This document shows, in pieces, positions 9,420-18,726 of a stretch of 64,000 nt of DNA; within the stretch, counting starts at the first letter, position 1; the number at the start of each line of letters is the position of its first letter. The DNA is from Solirubrobacterales bacterium (GTDB lineage: Bacteria > Actinomycetota > Thermoleophilia > Solirubrobacterales > 70-9). Location of the stretch: positions 7,593-71,592 of the forward strand of contig DATAON010000030.1 of the NCBI GenBank assembly GCA_036265715.1. The letters are read 5' to 3'. A program made the position numbers and the translations under genes. The notes beneath the pieces are model-generated. The model did no database searches and had not been told where the DNA came from. It saw nothing but the letters and a program-made list of their open reading frames with translations.

Positions 9420-10573
9420 TGCGAGTCCTGCAGCTGCTCTGCCAGCTGAACCTCGACTCCCACTGTGGAACGCCGGCACACGTGGTCGAGCTGAGCGAAG
9501 CGCTGACCCGAGCGGGGGTCGACGTCACCCTGGTCGCAGGTCGGGGTGAAGACCGCGGTCGGGCGCGACAAATCGATCGCAGTGGAATCCGACTGGTGGA
9601 GTTCGAGTATGAGGACCTCGCCAGCTTCTCAGCATCCCTGCGCAAGCGATCAGCCCTGATGCGAGGCCTGACCAACGCGCTGGAGGCGGCACTGCCCCTG
9701 GTCGCCTCCGAGCCAGCTCCCGTCCTGCACGCGCACGATCTACCCCATGGCCCCTGGATCGCCGAGGTCATCGACCGTCATGCTCGGACTCCGTTTCTGA
9801 CCACCAGTCACGGGGCAGACCTCGAGCAAGCGGTCGGGGACGCCGGCTACCAGCGACTGCTGACACGCAACCGCTACGGCAGCCACCTGATCGGCGTCGG
9901 CCCCCACCTGCAGCCGCAGCTCGAGCGCTACGCGAAGGGCTCGCGGGTCGGCTACATCCCCGGCGGAGTGGACGCTCAGAGGGCAGCGGGACCCACCCGG
10001 CCCGAGCGCGGCGCCAGGTCAGGCCTGCTCTACGTGGGTCGGCTGGCACCGGAGAAGGGCGTGTTGGAGCTCCCGGAGATCTTCGCTCGGGTCTGTGAAG
10101 AGCTCCCTGACAAGCACCTGACCATCGCCGGCGACGGCCCCCTCAAGGAGCTGCTGACGCAGCGGCTCGCCGCCCGCGGCCTCGACCAGCGAGCGCGCAT
10201 GCTCGGCTGGCTGCCGGAGGAGCGCGTCACCGCCCTGATGCACACCGCGGAGGTGCTTGTGTTCCCGAGCCGCTGGCCAGAGCCCTTCGCGCGGACGCTG
10301 CTGAAGGCCGCTGTCGCTGGGCTTCCCACGGTCACGCGCGACCTGGGAGGCAACGCCGAGATCCTTGGCGAGGGCTACCCCGGCCTGCTGCCCGCGAGCG
10401 CGACGAGCGCCGACCTCGCCACTGCCGTGAAGGCGACACTGGGCTCTGCCGAGAAGCGAGCCTCGGCAACGGAGTCAGCTCGCCTGCGCGCGACCGAGAG
10501 GTTCGGCTGGGACGCCATCGCCTCCTCCTACTTGGATCTCTACGAGGAGTGCCTGGAGGGCTGTCCGAGTTAA
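9419..10573 (+). CDS. Glycosyltransferase family 4 (GT-B fold)
   Basis: N-terminal MRVLQL...GTPAHVVELSEAL and a C-terminal PSRWPEPFARTLLKAAVAGLPTV Glycos_transf_1-like block. TGATG junction (9417-9421) with the trpF-like gene. Confidence 0.85.
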   Translation: MRVLQLLCQLNLDSHCGTPAHVVELSEALTRAGVDVTLVAGRGEDRGRARQIDRSGIRLVEFEYEDLASFSASLRKRSALMRGLTNALEAALPLVASEPAPVLHAHDLPHGPWIAEVIDRHARTPFLTTSHGADLEQAVGDAGYQRLLTRNRYGSHLIGVGPHLQPQLERYAKGSRVGYIPGGVDAQRAAGPTRPERGARSGLLYVGRLAPEKGVLELPEIFARVCEELPDKHLTIAGDGPLKELLTQRLAARGLDQRARMLGWLPEERVTALMHTAEVLVFPSRWPEPFARTLLKAAVAGLPTVTRDLGGNAEILGEGYPGLLPASATSADLATAVKATLGSAEKRASATESARLRATERFGWDAIASSYLDLYEECLEGCPS

Positions 10574-11589
10574 GCGGTCTCGATCAGCTGCAGGACGAGC
10601 ATGGTCGCGTAGCACCCTGGCGGGAGATAGAAGTGACAGGCGCAGTCCCAGTCTTCATCGACCCGGTGAGCCTCGCCGAAGGTGACGTGGGCCTGCACGA
10701 CGGTTGCCCGCTCGTTCACTTCGCGAACCACGGCACCATCTCGCGCGCGGTATTTGGGTCGGGGCAGCGTCGGCACGTCGGCCAGGACCGCAAGTCGATC
10801 GCGCTCGCTGGCGACCATCGAGATCGAGAGGCCCTCGCGCGTCAACACCCGCGCGCCCGGGCTGCGCGACCCGATCTCGTCGGACAGCCTCTGGTTCCAC
10901 AGATATGACTCGTACGCGCTCAGGTAGAACGCGACGACCCGGGCGTCAAGCGATCCGAAGTAGGCAGCCGCGTCCCGGACGGCGGCGTCTGCGTCGGTGG
11001 ACTGGCCGTGCCGGAGCCAACGCAGAGCCGACTCATAGTCCTGCTCGGCCAGCGCCTGTCCGACGAGGTGGGTGACCTTGGGCTTGCCGGGCAGGCCGAA
11101 CCGCTGCAGGTCGTAGTAGTTCAGGAAATGGATGGTCCGCTGCGCTTCAGAGCTGATTCGCCGACCGATCGGGTCGGGCAGGCGGCGCACCACCAAGCTG
11201 AACATGTTTCCCCCATGGGCACCCGCCCGCAAGGCGACCGGGGAGCGCCCGATCGGACGCGCGACGAGGTACGGCCCCTCAACCTGATCGGACCCGGTCG
11301 CAACCGGCGCTCCCGGGCTCGAGGAGACCGGGACGGAGACGACCTGAGAGGTGACACCGTCCTCATCCTTCAGCCCTGCGTACCCCACGTCTTCCGGAGC
11401 GACCCCGAGTTGATCGGCCAGGACCTTCACCGCTTCGAAGGTGGTCATGCCTCGCTTGGTCAGCCTCAGGAGCGAGAACTCCCCCGACTCAGACGGCAGG
11501 ACAGGCACTCCGCACTCATCGACGATGAAGTCCTCGGGCCGAGACTTCAGAAGCCCCGCGACCCCACTGGACAGAACCTGCGCCGGCAT
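10570..11589 (-). CDS. truD: tRNA pseudouridine synthase D
   Basis: FIVDE, TKRGMTTFEAV and GYAGLKDEDGVTSQ (TruD GxKD catalytic block). 339 aa. Confidence 0.8.
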   Translation of the reverse strand: MPAQVLSSGVAGLLKSRPEDFIVDECGVPVLPSESGEFSLLRLTKRGMTTFEAVKVLADQLGVAPEDVGYAGLKDEDGVTSQVVSVPVSSSPGAPVATGSDQVEGPYLVARPIGRSPVALRAGAHGGNMFSLVVRRLPDPIGRRISSEAQRTIHFLNYYDLQRFGLPGKPKVTHLVGQALAEQDYESALRWLRHGQSTDADAAVRDAAAYFGSLDARVVAFYLSAYESYLWNQRLSDEIGSRSPGARVLTREGLSISMVASERDRLAVLADVPTLPRPKYRARDGAVVREVNERATVVQAHVTFGEAHRVDEDWDCACHFYLPPGCYATMLVLQLIETA

Positions 11590-11645
11590 CGGCTCATTGC
11601 CTCTCTGCTTTCACCTCATCATTCTGCCGCAAGAAGGCTTATTGA

Positions 11646-13811
11646 TCAAGCAGAGTTGAGTAACGCGCGCGTTCGTTTGCGCCCGGAGTCCTGCCGTTCC
11701 GCCACCCCGTGGCCGAAGCGCACGTCGGGCAAGATCTTGTCGAGCCAGCTCGGCAGATACCAGGCGGACCGCCCGGCCAAGCGCATGAATACCGGCAACA
11801 GCAACAAGCGGACAAGGAAGGTGTCCAGCAGCACCGCGATGCCGAGGATCACACCCATCTCCTTCGGCGGTAGCGGGCCGGAGAGGGCGAAGGTGAAGAA
11901 GACGGCAACCATCACCGCGCCGGCGGCGAGGATCACGCTACCCGAGTGGGCGAGGCTGCCGACCATCGCCTGTTTTGGATCTCCGCTCAATTCCCAGTGC
12001 TCGCGGGCGGAGGAGAGCAAGAAGACCGTGTAGTCCATCGCGATCGCAAAGATCATGGCGAAGAAGAAGACCGGGCCCCAGGCGTCGAGGAAGCCCTGTG
12101 ATTCGAAGCCGAGCAGGCTGGAGAGGTTGCCGTCCTGGAAGATCAGCTTGGCGACGCCGAAGGCGGCCGCCGTGGAGATCAGGTTGGCGATGACGCCGAT
12201 CGCGGCGAGAAGCGGCGCCTGGAAGGCGACCAGAAGGAGCAGGAACCCGAGAGCTAGAACGACGCCGATCACGAGCGGCGTCTTCGCCGCCAGCGCCGCC
12301 TCGAGATCGTGGTTTTCGACCGCGGGGCCACCGACCAGGGAGCCCGCGGGAAGTTCGGCGCGCAGCCGATCGACCGTGGTCCCGAGCGCCGCGGTCGACG
12401 GGCCCACGGTCGGGACCGCTTCGATCAGGACGGCACCGTCGGCGCTGCCTTGGCTCGGCTTGACCATGGCGATGCCGCGGTCCTCCTCGAGCCCGGCGCG
12501 GGTCGCAGCCGCCTCAGCCTGGGTGCTCAGCACCTGCAGCGTGCCGGGGGCGCCGGGGCCGAAGGCGGCGCTGACCTGCTGATAGCCGACTCGCGAGCCG
12601 TCGGAGCCAGGCACGACCTTGATGGAAGGCATCCCGGTCTTCAGGCTCAGAACCGGCAGCGCGAGGGCGAGCAGCACGACCAGCGCCAAGCCGCCGAGGA
12701 GGACCGGCCGACGCCACAGCAGCTCGCCCCAGCGGGCGAAGCGCTGCGAGCGATGCTCGCCGCGGTGGACCCAGGGCAAGCCGACCCTGTCGACCCGCGG
12801 GCCGAGCTTGGCCAGCACCGCCGGCAGCAGCGTCAGCGTCGCCGCCAGCACGAAGAGGACGGAGATCATGATCCCGAGCGCCATCGAGCGGAAGGCCGGG
12901 CTCGGGACCAACATCACCGCCGAGAGCGAGATCAGCACCGTGATCGCGGAGAAGAGGACCGCCTTGCCGGCGGTGTCCATCGTCGTCTCGACCGCTGCGA
13001 TCGGATCTTCGACGGCGCCGAAGAGCGCGTTGCGAAAGCGCATGACGATGAACAGGGCATAGTCGATCCCCAGCGCCAGGGCGAACATCAGGGCGAAGTT
13101 CATCGCCCAGATCGAGATCGGCGAAAGCAACGTTCCCAGGTAAAGGACGCCGGCGGAGGCGATGAGGCCGATGATCGTCAACATCAGCGGCAGCCCGGCG
13201 GCGACCAACGAGCCGAAGGCGAGGACGAGGATCGCCAGGGTCACCGGCCAGGAGATCAGCTCGGACTTGATCATCGCGTCGCGGTTGGCTTCGTTGAAGT
13301 CCGACCACATGCCGGCGGCGCCAGTCAGGCTCGCTTCGACCCCCGGAGTCGCGACCGTGGCGACCTCGTCCTTGAGGTCGTCGGCGGCGGCGACCATCTC
13401 GTTCGGCCCCGAACCCGCGGTGCCGACGACGATCGCAGTGTGGCCGTCGCGGGAGATCGACCCGCTGGCGGCCGGCGCGACGACCGTGCGCACGGCGTCG
13501 TCGGCGGAGAGGACACGTTCGACCTCCGCGACGGTGCGCGCGAAGGAGGGATCGCCGACCGTAGCGGTCGGCGAATGCACGGCGACCTGGAGCGCGTAGG
13601 AGCCGGCACCGCCGAAGCCGCGGTCGACCTGCTCGCGAACCTTGACCGACTCCGCTCCGTTGGCCTGCCAGCCGGCGCCAGAGAGCGCCGTCTCAACCCG
13701 CGGGGCAAGGAGTCCGAGCACGACCGCCAGCACCGCCCAGGCCGCGAAGACCCGGCCGCGATGGGTGGCGGCGTAACGCCCGAGGCGCCCGATCGGTCCG
13801 ATCCCGCTCAT
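11646..13811 (-). CDS. MMPL-family (RND superfamily) membrane transporter
   Basis: Two 6-TM bundles with large loops and duplicated GIDYALFIVMRF / AMDYTVFLLSSARE blocks. Start set at ATG 13811 (residue 25 of the track ORF), preceded by GAGGAAAA. Confidence 0.85.
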   Translation of the reverse strand: MSGIGPIGRLGRYAATHRGRVFAAWAVLAVVLGLLAPRVETALSGAGWQANGAESVKVREQVDRGFGGAGSYALQVAVHSPTATVGDPSFARTVAEVERVLSADDAVRTVVAPAASGSISRDGHTAIVVGTAGSGPNEMVAAADDLKDEVATVATPGVEASLTGAAGMWSDFNEANRDAMIKSELISWPVTLAILVLAFGSLVAAGLPLMLTIIGLIASAGVLYLGTLLSPISIWAMNFALMFALALGIDYALFIVMRFRNALFGAVEDPIAAVETTMDTAGKAVLFSAITVLISLSAVMLVPSPAFRSMALGIMISVLFVLAATLTLLPAVLAKLGPRVDRVGLPWVHRGEHRSQRFARWGELLWRRPVLLGGLALVVLLALALPVLSLKTGMPSIKVVPGSDGSRVGYQQVSAAFGPGAPGTLQVLSTQAEAAATRAGLEEDRGIAMVKPSQGSADGAVLIEAVPTVGPSTAALGTTVDRLRAELPAGSLVGGPAVENHDLEAALAAKTPLVIGVVLALGFLLLLVAFQAPLLAAIGVIANLISTAAAFGVAKLIFQDGNLSSLLGFESQGFLDAWGPVFFFAMIFAIAMDYTVFLLSSAREHWELSGDPKQAMVGSLAHSGSVILAAGAVMVAVFFTFALSGPLPPKEMGVILGIAVLLDTFLVRLLLLPVFMRLAGRSAWYLPSWLDKILPDVRFGHGVAERQDSGRKRTRALLNSA

Positions 13812-13844
13812 ATTTTCCTCGCTATGCTCTTTCACAAGTTTAAC

Positions 13845-13866
13845 GTTGTAACAACTAAACAGTTGT
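13845..13866. promoter_or_regulatory. Candidate ArsR operator: three GTTGT/ACAAC half-sites
   Basis: GTTGT(13845-49)-A-ACAAC(13851-55)-TAAACA-GTTGT(13862-66) in the 70-nt AT-rich divergent region between the MMPL start (13811) and the ArsR start (13882). Confidence 0.4.
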
Positions 13867-13881
13867 GGAGTTGATCCTAGC

Positions 13882-14217
13882 ATGGCACTTAAAAGTCCAA
13901 TTGGCAGCGAGGCGGCGGAGCTGATCGCGCAGCGCTTTCGTGCGCTCGCCGACCCGACCAGGCTGCGCGTTCTCGATCACCTGAGCAGCAGCGGCGGCGC
14001 CTCTGTTCGGGAGCTGACGGAGGCGTTGGAGACCTCCCAGCAGAACGTCTCCAAGCACCTCTCGACGCTCCGGGCCGAGGGCTTCGTCGCCCGTGACCGG
14101 AGGGGAAACAGCTCGATCTATCGGATTTCCGACCCCGGCGTGCTTGATCTTTGCGAGCGCGTCTGCGGCGGCATCGAAGCCCAGCTGGCGGAGCTGGAGG
14201 CGGCACTGCAGGGCTAG
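13882..14217 (+). CDS. ArsR/SmtB-family transcriptional regulator
   Basis: ALADPTRLRVLDHL...SVRELTEAL..SQQNVSKHLSTLRAEGFV winged-HTH core. Divergent from the MMPL gene. Confidence 0.85.
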   Translation: MALKSPIGSEAAELIAQRFRALADPTRLRVLDHLSSSGGASVRELTEALETSQQNVSKHLSTLRAEGFVARDRRGNSSIYRISDPGVLDLCERVCGGIEAQLAELEAALQG

Positions 14218-14283
14218 GCGGTCGCGGCTCCTCCGCACCGATCAGTGCGGCCTTCCCCCGATTGCTTGGGCGCGGACGGGTTT

Positions 14284-14289
14284 TAGCTT
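14284..14289 (+). promoter_or_regulatory. -10-like TAGCTT, 6 nt upstream of ATG 14296 (leaderless-type start)
   Basis: TANNNT hexamer at the spacing typical of leaderless actinobacterial mRNAs. No SD in between. Confidence 0.4.
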
Positions 14290-14295
14290 GCTCCA

Positions 14296-15090
14296 ATGAG
14301 CGAGCGCGAGACGGTCACGACCGACGACAGCCGCCGGCCACTGCTTGAGGCCCGCAGCCTGAGCAGGAGCTTCGGCAGCGGAGCGACCGCGGTGCGGGCA
14401 CTGCGCGACGTCGATCTGTGCGTCGCCGAGGGCGAGATGGTCGCGATCATGGGTCCCTCGGGCTCGGGCAAGAGCACCCTGCTGCACATCCTCGGAGCCC
14501 TTGATCGCCCCGACGGTGGCTCGGTGGCGATCGACGGTCGCCGCTATGACGACCTTGACGATCGCGAGCTGACCAAGCTCCGTGGCGAGGTCTTCGGCTT
14601 CGTCTTTCAGTTCTTCAACCTCCTCCCCACCCTCTCGGCCGCCGAGAACGTGCTGGTGCCGGCGCTGGTCAACGGCGAGCGCCCTGGCCAGTACGGCGAG
14701 CGGGTGGATCTGCTGATGGAGAAGGTGGGGCTCGGAGAGCGCGCCGCCCATCTGCCGACCGAGCTCTCCGGCGGCGAGCAGCAGCGGGTCGCGATCGCCA
14801 GGGCGCTGCTGCGACACCCGCGCCTGGTCCTGGCCGATGAGCCGACTGGCAACCTCGACTCCAGTGCCGGCGCCACCGTGATGGGCCTCCTGCGCGAGGT
14901 CGTGGACGAAGGCCAGACCGTGGTCATGGTCACCCACGATCCCGGTGCCGCCGCCCTCGCCGACCGTGTCGTCTTCCTCCGCGACGGCGCCTTCGTCGGC
15001 GAGGTCCCCGGCGGTGACACGGGTGCCGTGATCGATGCCTTCCGCGAGGTCGAGGCCGGAGGCGGCGAGCTGCAGCGAGCGCTCACGTGA
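14296..15090 (+). CDS. ABC transporter ATP-binding protein (MacB/LolD type)
   Basis: GPSGSGKST, LSGGEQQRVAIARAL, LADEPTGNLD. Confidence 0.9.
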   Translation: MSERETVTTDDSRRPLLEARSLSRSFGSGATAVRALRDVDLCVAEGEMVAIMGPSGSGKSTLLHILGALDRPDGGSVAIDGRRYDDLDDRELTKLRGEVFGFVFQFFNLLPTLSAAENVLVPALVNGERPGQYGERVDLLMEKVGLGERAAHLPTELSGGEQQRVAIARALLRHPRLVLADEPTGNLDSSAGATVMGLLREVVDEGQTVVMVTHDPGAAALADRVVFLRDGAFVGEVPGGDTGAVIDAFREVEAGGGELQRALT

Positions 15091-17684
15091 GCTCCGCGCC
15101 CCGCCCGCGCGGCGTTCGCCTGCACGGCTTCGCCGGGATCGGCGCCCGTTCGTTGCGCACGCGGCCTCTGCGCTCGGTCCTGACCACCGCGGGGATCGTG
15201 CTCGGGGTCGGGATGGCCTTCGGCGTGCTGGTCTTGGTCAGCACGATTCACTCCAGCTTCAGCAATCTCTTCGACGCGATCTACGGCAACACCAGCGTCA
15301 TCGTCTCGGGCAAGAACATGGTCGGCTCGGTCCCCGAGGAGACGCTGCCGAAGGTTCAGCGGGTCAAGGGGGTGCAGGCCGCGGTCGGCGGCGTGAACGG
15401 CATCTTCCGCCTGATCGACGAGGGCGGCGAAGCACGCAGCGGCGCCAACACGACCCTTTTCGTCGGCGGCGTCGACCTCGCTGCTGCGGATGCCAGCGGC
15501 AGCGAGGTGGTGGCCGGGCGCGAGCCCGCCTCGGCGAGGGAGATCGAGCTCGAGGAAAGCTGGGCGGCGGGCGAGGGCGTCACGGTAGGCGACCGACTTC
15601 ACCTGGCGACCCCGGCTGGGCCGGTCTTCCTGCGCGTTTCCGGCATCTACAAGCTCAGCACCGGACTTGACCTCGGCGGCTACGGCACGGCGACGATGGG
15701 CGCCGCCGCCGTTCGCGAGCTGACCGGCAAAGAGGGAGTCTGGGACGAGATCAACGTGATCGCCGCCGACGGGGTGGCGCCGGCCTCCCTTCAGCGCCGG
15801 ATCGCCGCGGTCGTCGGGCCGGGCGTGGAAGTGACGACGCCGAGCGCTCGCGGCGAGGACGTGAACGAGCAGCTCGCGGGGCTCGACATCGTCCTCTACT
15901 TCTTCTCGGGGATGGCGATCTTCGTCGGCGCCTTCCTGATCCTCAACTCGTTCAACATGACCGTCCTGCAGCGGATGCGCGAGATCGGCACCCTTCGCGC
16001 GCTCGGCGCCTCGCGGCGGCGGGTGGCGAGCTCGGTGGTCGGCGAAGCGATGATCCTCGCCCTCGCGGGCTGCCTGCTCGGCCTCGGGCTCGGGCTCGGG
16101 CTCGCCGAAGTGCTGGCGGCGGCGATGCGGAGCTCCTTCGGGCTCCCGGTCGCCTCGCTCGACGTGACCGGCGCCGCGGTGATCATCGCCGTCGCCGTGG
16201 GCCTGCTGGCGACGCTCGCCGGATCCCTCTACCCGGCGCTTCGCGCCGGGCGAGTGGCGCCGATCCGGGCGCTGACGGGGGCCGGCGCGGCCGAGCAGAC
16301 CCCCGGCCTGCGCCGCCTTCTCGTCGGTCTCGTCCTCTTCTTCCCCGGCCTCGCGATCGGCGGTCTCTTCTGGTTCTCAAACCAAAGCGGCGGCACGCTC
16401 TCGGCCCTGGTCGGAGTCGGCTCGACGATGGTGATGTTCGTCGGGATGGTGCTGCTGGCGCCGTTTGTGGTGATGCCGTTGATCCGCCTGCTCGCCGCCC
16501 CGGCGCGGGCGCTGATGCCGGCCGAGGGTCGGCTCGCGGCCGACTCGCTGCGGGCAAATCCGCTGCGCACCTCGGCCACCGCGGCGGCCCTCGTCGTGAC
16601 CCTCTCCGTGGTCGTCGTCAACTCGATGCTGAGCGCCAGCTTCGTCGGCTCCATCAACGACGAGCTCGACGCTCGCTTTGCCCGCGACCTCACCGTCCAG
16701 CCCGCCGGCTACAGCGAATACGGACCGCCGATGAGCGGCATCGACCCGAGCCTGCGCGATCGGATCGCCGAGCTGGCGGCCGCGGGCACGGTGACGCCGC
16801 GGCGGATCGTGTACACGACCCACCTCCCAGGCAGCGACGAACAGGGGCTGTTGACCGCGGTCGACCCCGGAAGCTGGCCGCGGGTCGACGGCAGCGACTA
16901 CGAAGGCGCAAGCGTCAGCGAAGCGATGGCGGGGCTGGCGGCGGGCGGGGCGATCATCGGCAAGGGCCTTGCCGATGACAGTGGCCTGCATGTCGGCGAC
17001 ACGCTGCCGCTGCGGGGCCCCGCCGGCACCGCCCGGGCGCCGATCGTGGCGACGGTCGACACCCTGGAAGCCAACGGCAACCTCGTCACTCTCTCCCTGG
17101 GGACGATGAAGCGCGTCTACGGGATCGAGACCGACTCGGTGCTCGCCCTCAGCGCCGCCTCGCCCGGCCAGCGCGAACTGCTGGGGACCGAAGTCTCGCG
17201 CCTGCTCGCCGACGACTACCCCGGCTTCGAAGCGGTCTCCAACGAGGAGTTCAAGCAGCAGTACACCGAGCAGATCAACCAGCAGTTCGCCTTCTTCAAC
17301 GCGATCATCGGCATCGCCGTCGTCGTCGGGCTGCTGGGAATCATCAACACGCTCTCGATGTCGGTCCTCGAGCGCACTCGTGAGATCGGCGTCCTGCGGG
17401 CGCTCGGCGGATCGCGCTGGAGGATCCGCCGCACGATGCTCGACGAGAGCCTTTTGATCTCACTCGCGGGGAGCATCGCCGGCATCCTCGCCGGCCTCAC
17501 GGTGGGGGTCGTCTGGTTGATCTCGATCCGCGAGAGCACCCTCGTCGGTCTCGAGCTGCGGATGCCGACCGGCATCCTGCTCTTGATCGCGATCCTCGGG
17601 GTCGTGATCGGCACGCTGGCGGCGATCCTGCCGGCCCGCCGAGCCGCGCACCTCGATCCGCTGGAGGCGCTCACCTATGAGTGA
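15087..17684 (+). CDS. ABC transporter permease, duplicated FtsX/MacB-type
   Basis: 865 aa with two FtsX-like 4-TM modules, each preceded by a large extracytoplasmic domain. GTGA overlap with the ATPase stop. Confidence 0.85.
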   Translation: MSSAPRPRGVRLHGFAGIGARSLRTRPLRSVLTTAGIVLGVGMAFGVLVLVSTIHSSFSNLFDAIYGNTSVIVSGKNMVGSVPEETLPKVQRVKGVQAAVGGVNGIFRLIDEGGEARSGANTTLFVGGVDLAAADASGSEVVAGREPASAREIELEESWAAGEGVTVGDRLHLATPAGPVFLRVSGIYKLSTGLDLGGYGTATMGAAAVRELTGKEGVWDEINVIAADGVAPASLQRRIAAVVGPGVEVTTPSARGEDVNEQLAGLDIVLYFFSGMAIFVGAFLILNSFNMTVLQRMREIGTLRALGASRRRVASSVVGEAMILALAGCLLGLGLGLGLAEVLAAAMRSSFGLPVASLDVTGAAVIIAVAVGLLATLAGSLYPALRAGRVAPIRALTGAGAAEQTPGLRRLLVGLVLFFPGLAIGGLFWFSNQSGGTLSALVGVGSTMVMFVGMVLLAPFVVMPLIRLLAAPARALMPAEGRLAADSLRANPLRTSATAAALVVTLSVVVVNSMLSASFVGSINDELDARFARDLTVQPAGYSEYGPPMSGIDPSLRDRIAELAAAGTVTPRRIVYTTHLPGSDEQGLLTAVDPGSWPRVDGSDYEGASVSEAMAGLAAGGAIIGKGLADDSGLHVGDTLPLRGPAGTARAPIVATVDTLEANGNLVTLSLGTMKRVYGIETDSVLALSAASPGQRELLGTEVSRLLADDYPGFEAVSNEEFKQQYTEQINQQFAFFNAIIGIAVVVGLLGIINTLSMSVLERTREIGVLRALGGSRWRIRRTMLDESLLISLAGSIAGILAGLTVGVVWLISIRESTLVGLELRMPTGILLLIAILGVVIGTLAAILPARRAAHLDPLEALTYE

Positions 17685-17696
17685 TCAGAAACGGGC

Positions 17697-18698
17697 CTAC
17701 GACGGCCGGTCATCGCCGACCTCGAGGACCGCCGCTCCGCGGAAGCGCCCCGCTCGCAGATCTTCCAATGCGGCGTTCGCTTCCTCCAGCGGATAGGTCG
17801 TGACCTCGGTCCGGACCGGGACCTGCGGCGCCAGCGCGAGGAACTCCTCTCCATCGGCACGGGTCAGGTTGGCGACCGAGCCGAGGCTGCGCTCCTCCCA
17901 GAGGATCTCGTAGGGGAAGGCGGGGATCTCACTCATGTGGATCCCGGCGCTGATCACCCGCGCGCCCTTGGCCGAGGCCCGCAGCGCCGTCGGCATCAGC
18001 TCCCCGGCGGCGGCGAAGACGATCGCGCCGTCAAGCTGCTCGGGCGGAAGCTCGTCCGAGGCCCCCGCCCACTCGGCGCCCAGCGAGCGGGCGAACGCCT
18101 GTCCCTCGCTGTCGCCGCGGCGGGTGAAGGCGAAGACGCGGCGACCTTCGTGGACGGCTACCTGGCAGAGAATGTGGGCGGAGGCGCCGAAGCCATAGAA
18201 GCCGATCCGCTCCGCCTCGCCGACCAGGCGCAGCGCCCGGTAGCCGATCAGCCCGGCACAGAGCAGCGGCGCCACCGCCTGGTCGGACATGTTGGACGGG
18301 ATCGGGAAGCAGAAGCGCTCGTCGGCGACCGTCGCCTCGGCGTAGCCGCCATCGAGGTCATAGCCGGTGAAGCGGGCGTTGTCGCAGAGGTTCTCCCGGC
18401 CGCTGGCGCAGTAGCGGCAGCTGCCGTCGGTCCAGCCGAGCCAGGGAACGCCGACCCGCGTCCCGAGGGCAAAGCGCTCGGCCCCCGCGCCCGCCCCGAC
18501 CACGCTGCCGACGATCTGGTGGCCTGGGATGAGCGGCAACTTCGGGTGCTTGAGCTCGCCGTCGAGGATGTGGAGGTCGGTGCGGCAGACCCCACAGGCG
18601 CGGACGTCGATCAGCACCTGGCCTGGGCCCGGCACGGGGGCGGGGCGCTCGGCGAGCCGCAACGGCTCACCGGCCCGCTCGAGGACCATCGCGCGCAT
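17697..18698 (-). CDS. Zinc-dependent alcohol dehydrogenase
   Basis: GVCRTDLH, GHQIVG, structural-zinc Cys cluster CRYCASGRENLC, GFGASAH Rossmann motif. Confidence 0.85.
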   Translation of the reverse strand: MRAMVLERAGEPLRLAERPAPVPGPGQVLIDVRACGVCRTDLHILDGELKHPKLPLIPGHQIVGSVVGAGAGAERFALGTRVGVPWLGWTDGSCRYCASGRENLCDNARFTGYDLDGGYAEATVADERFCFPIPSNMSDQAVAPLLCAGLIGYRALRLVGEAERIGFYGFGASAHILCQVAVHEGRRVFAFTRRGDSEGQAFARSLGAEWAGASDELPPEQLDGAIVFAAAGELMPTALRASAKGARVISAGIHMSEIPAFPYEILWEERSLGSVANLTRADGEEFLALAPQVPVRTEVTTYPLEEANAALEDLRAGRFRGAAVLEVGDDRPS

Positions 18699-18726
18699 CG
18701 CTCAATGATTGCGCGCCGGCGCCTGC

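Noticed and set aside
10570-10573. Palindromic overlapping stop codons of convergent genes (TTAA at 10570-10573, CTAG at 43706-43709).
   Set aside because: These are a trivial consequence of TAA/TAG stops meeting head-on. No additional structure surrounds them.
14233-14250. The CCGCAC-CGATCA-GTGCGG stem-loop after the ArsR gene, as a possible terminator.
   Set aside because: It has only a 6-bp stem and no U-tract, and a leaderless-type promoter for the next gene follows at once. It is too weak to call.
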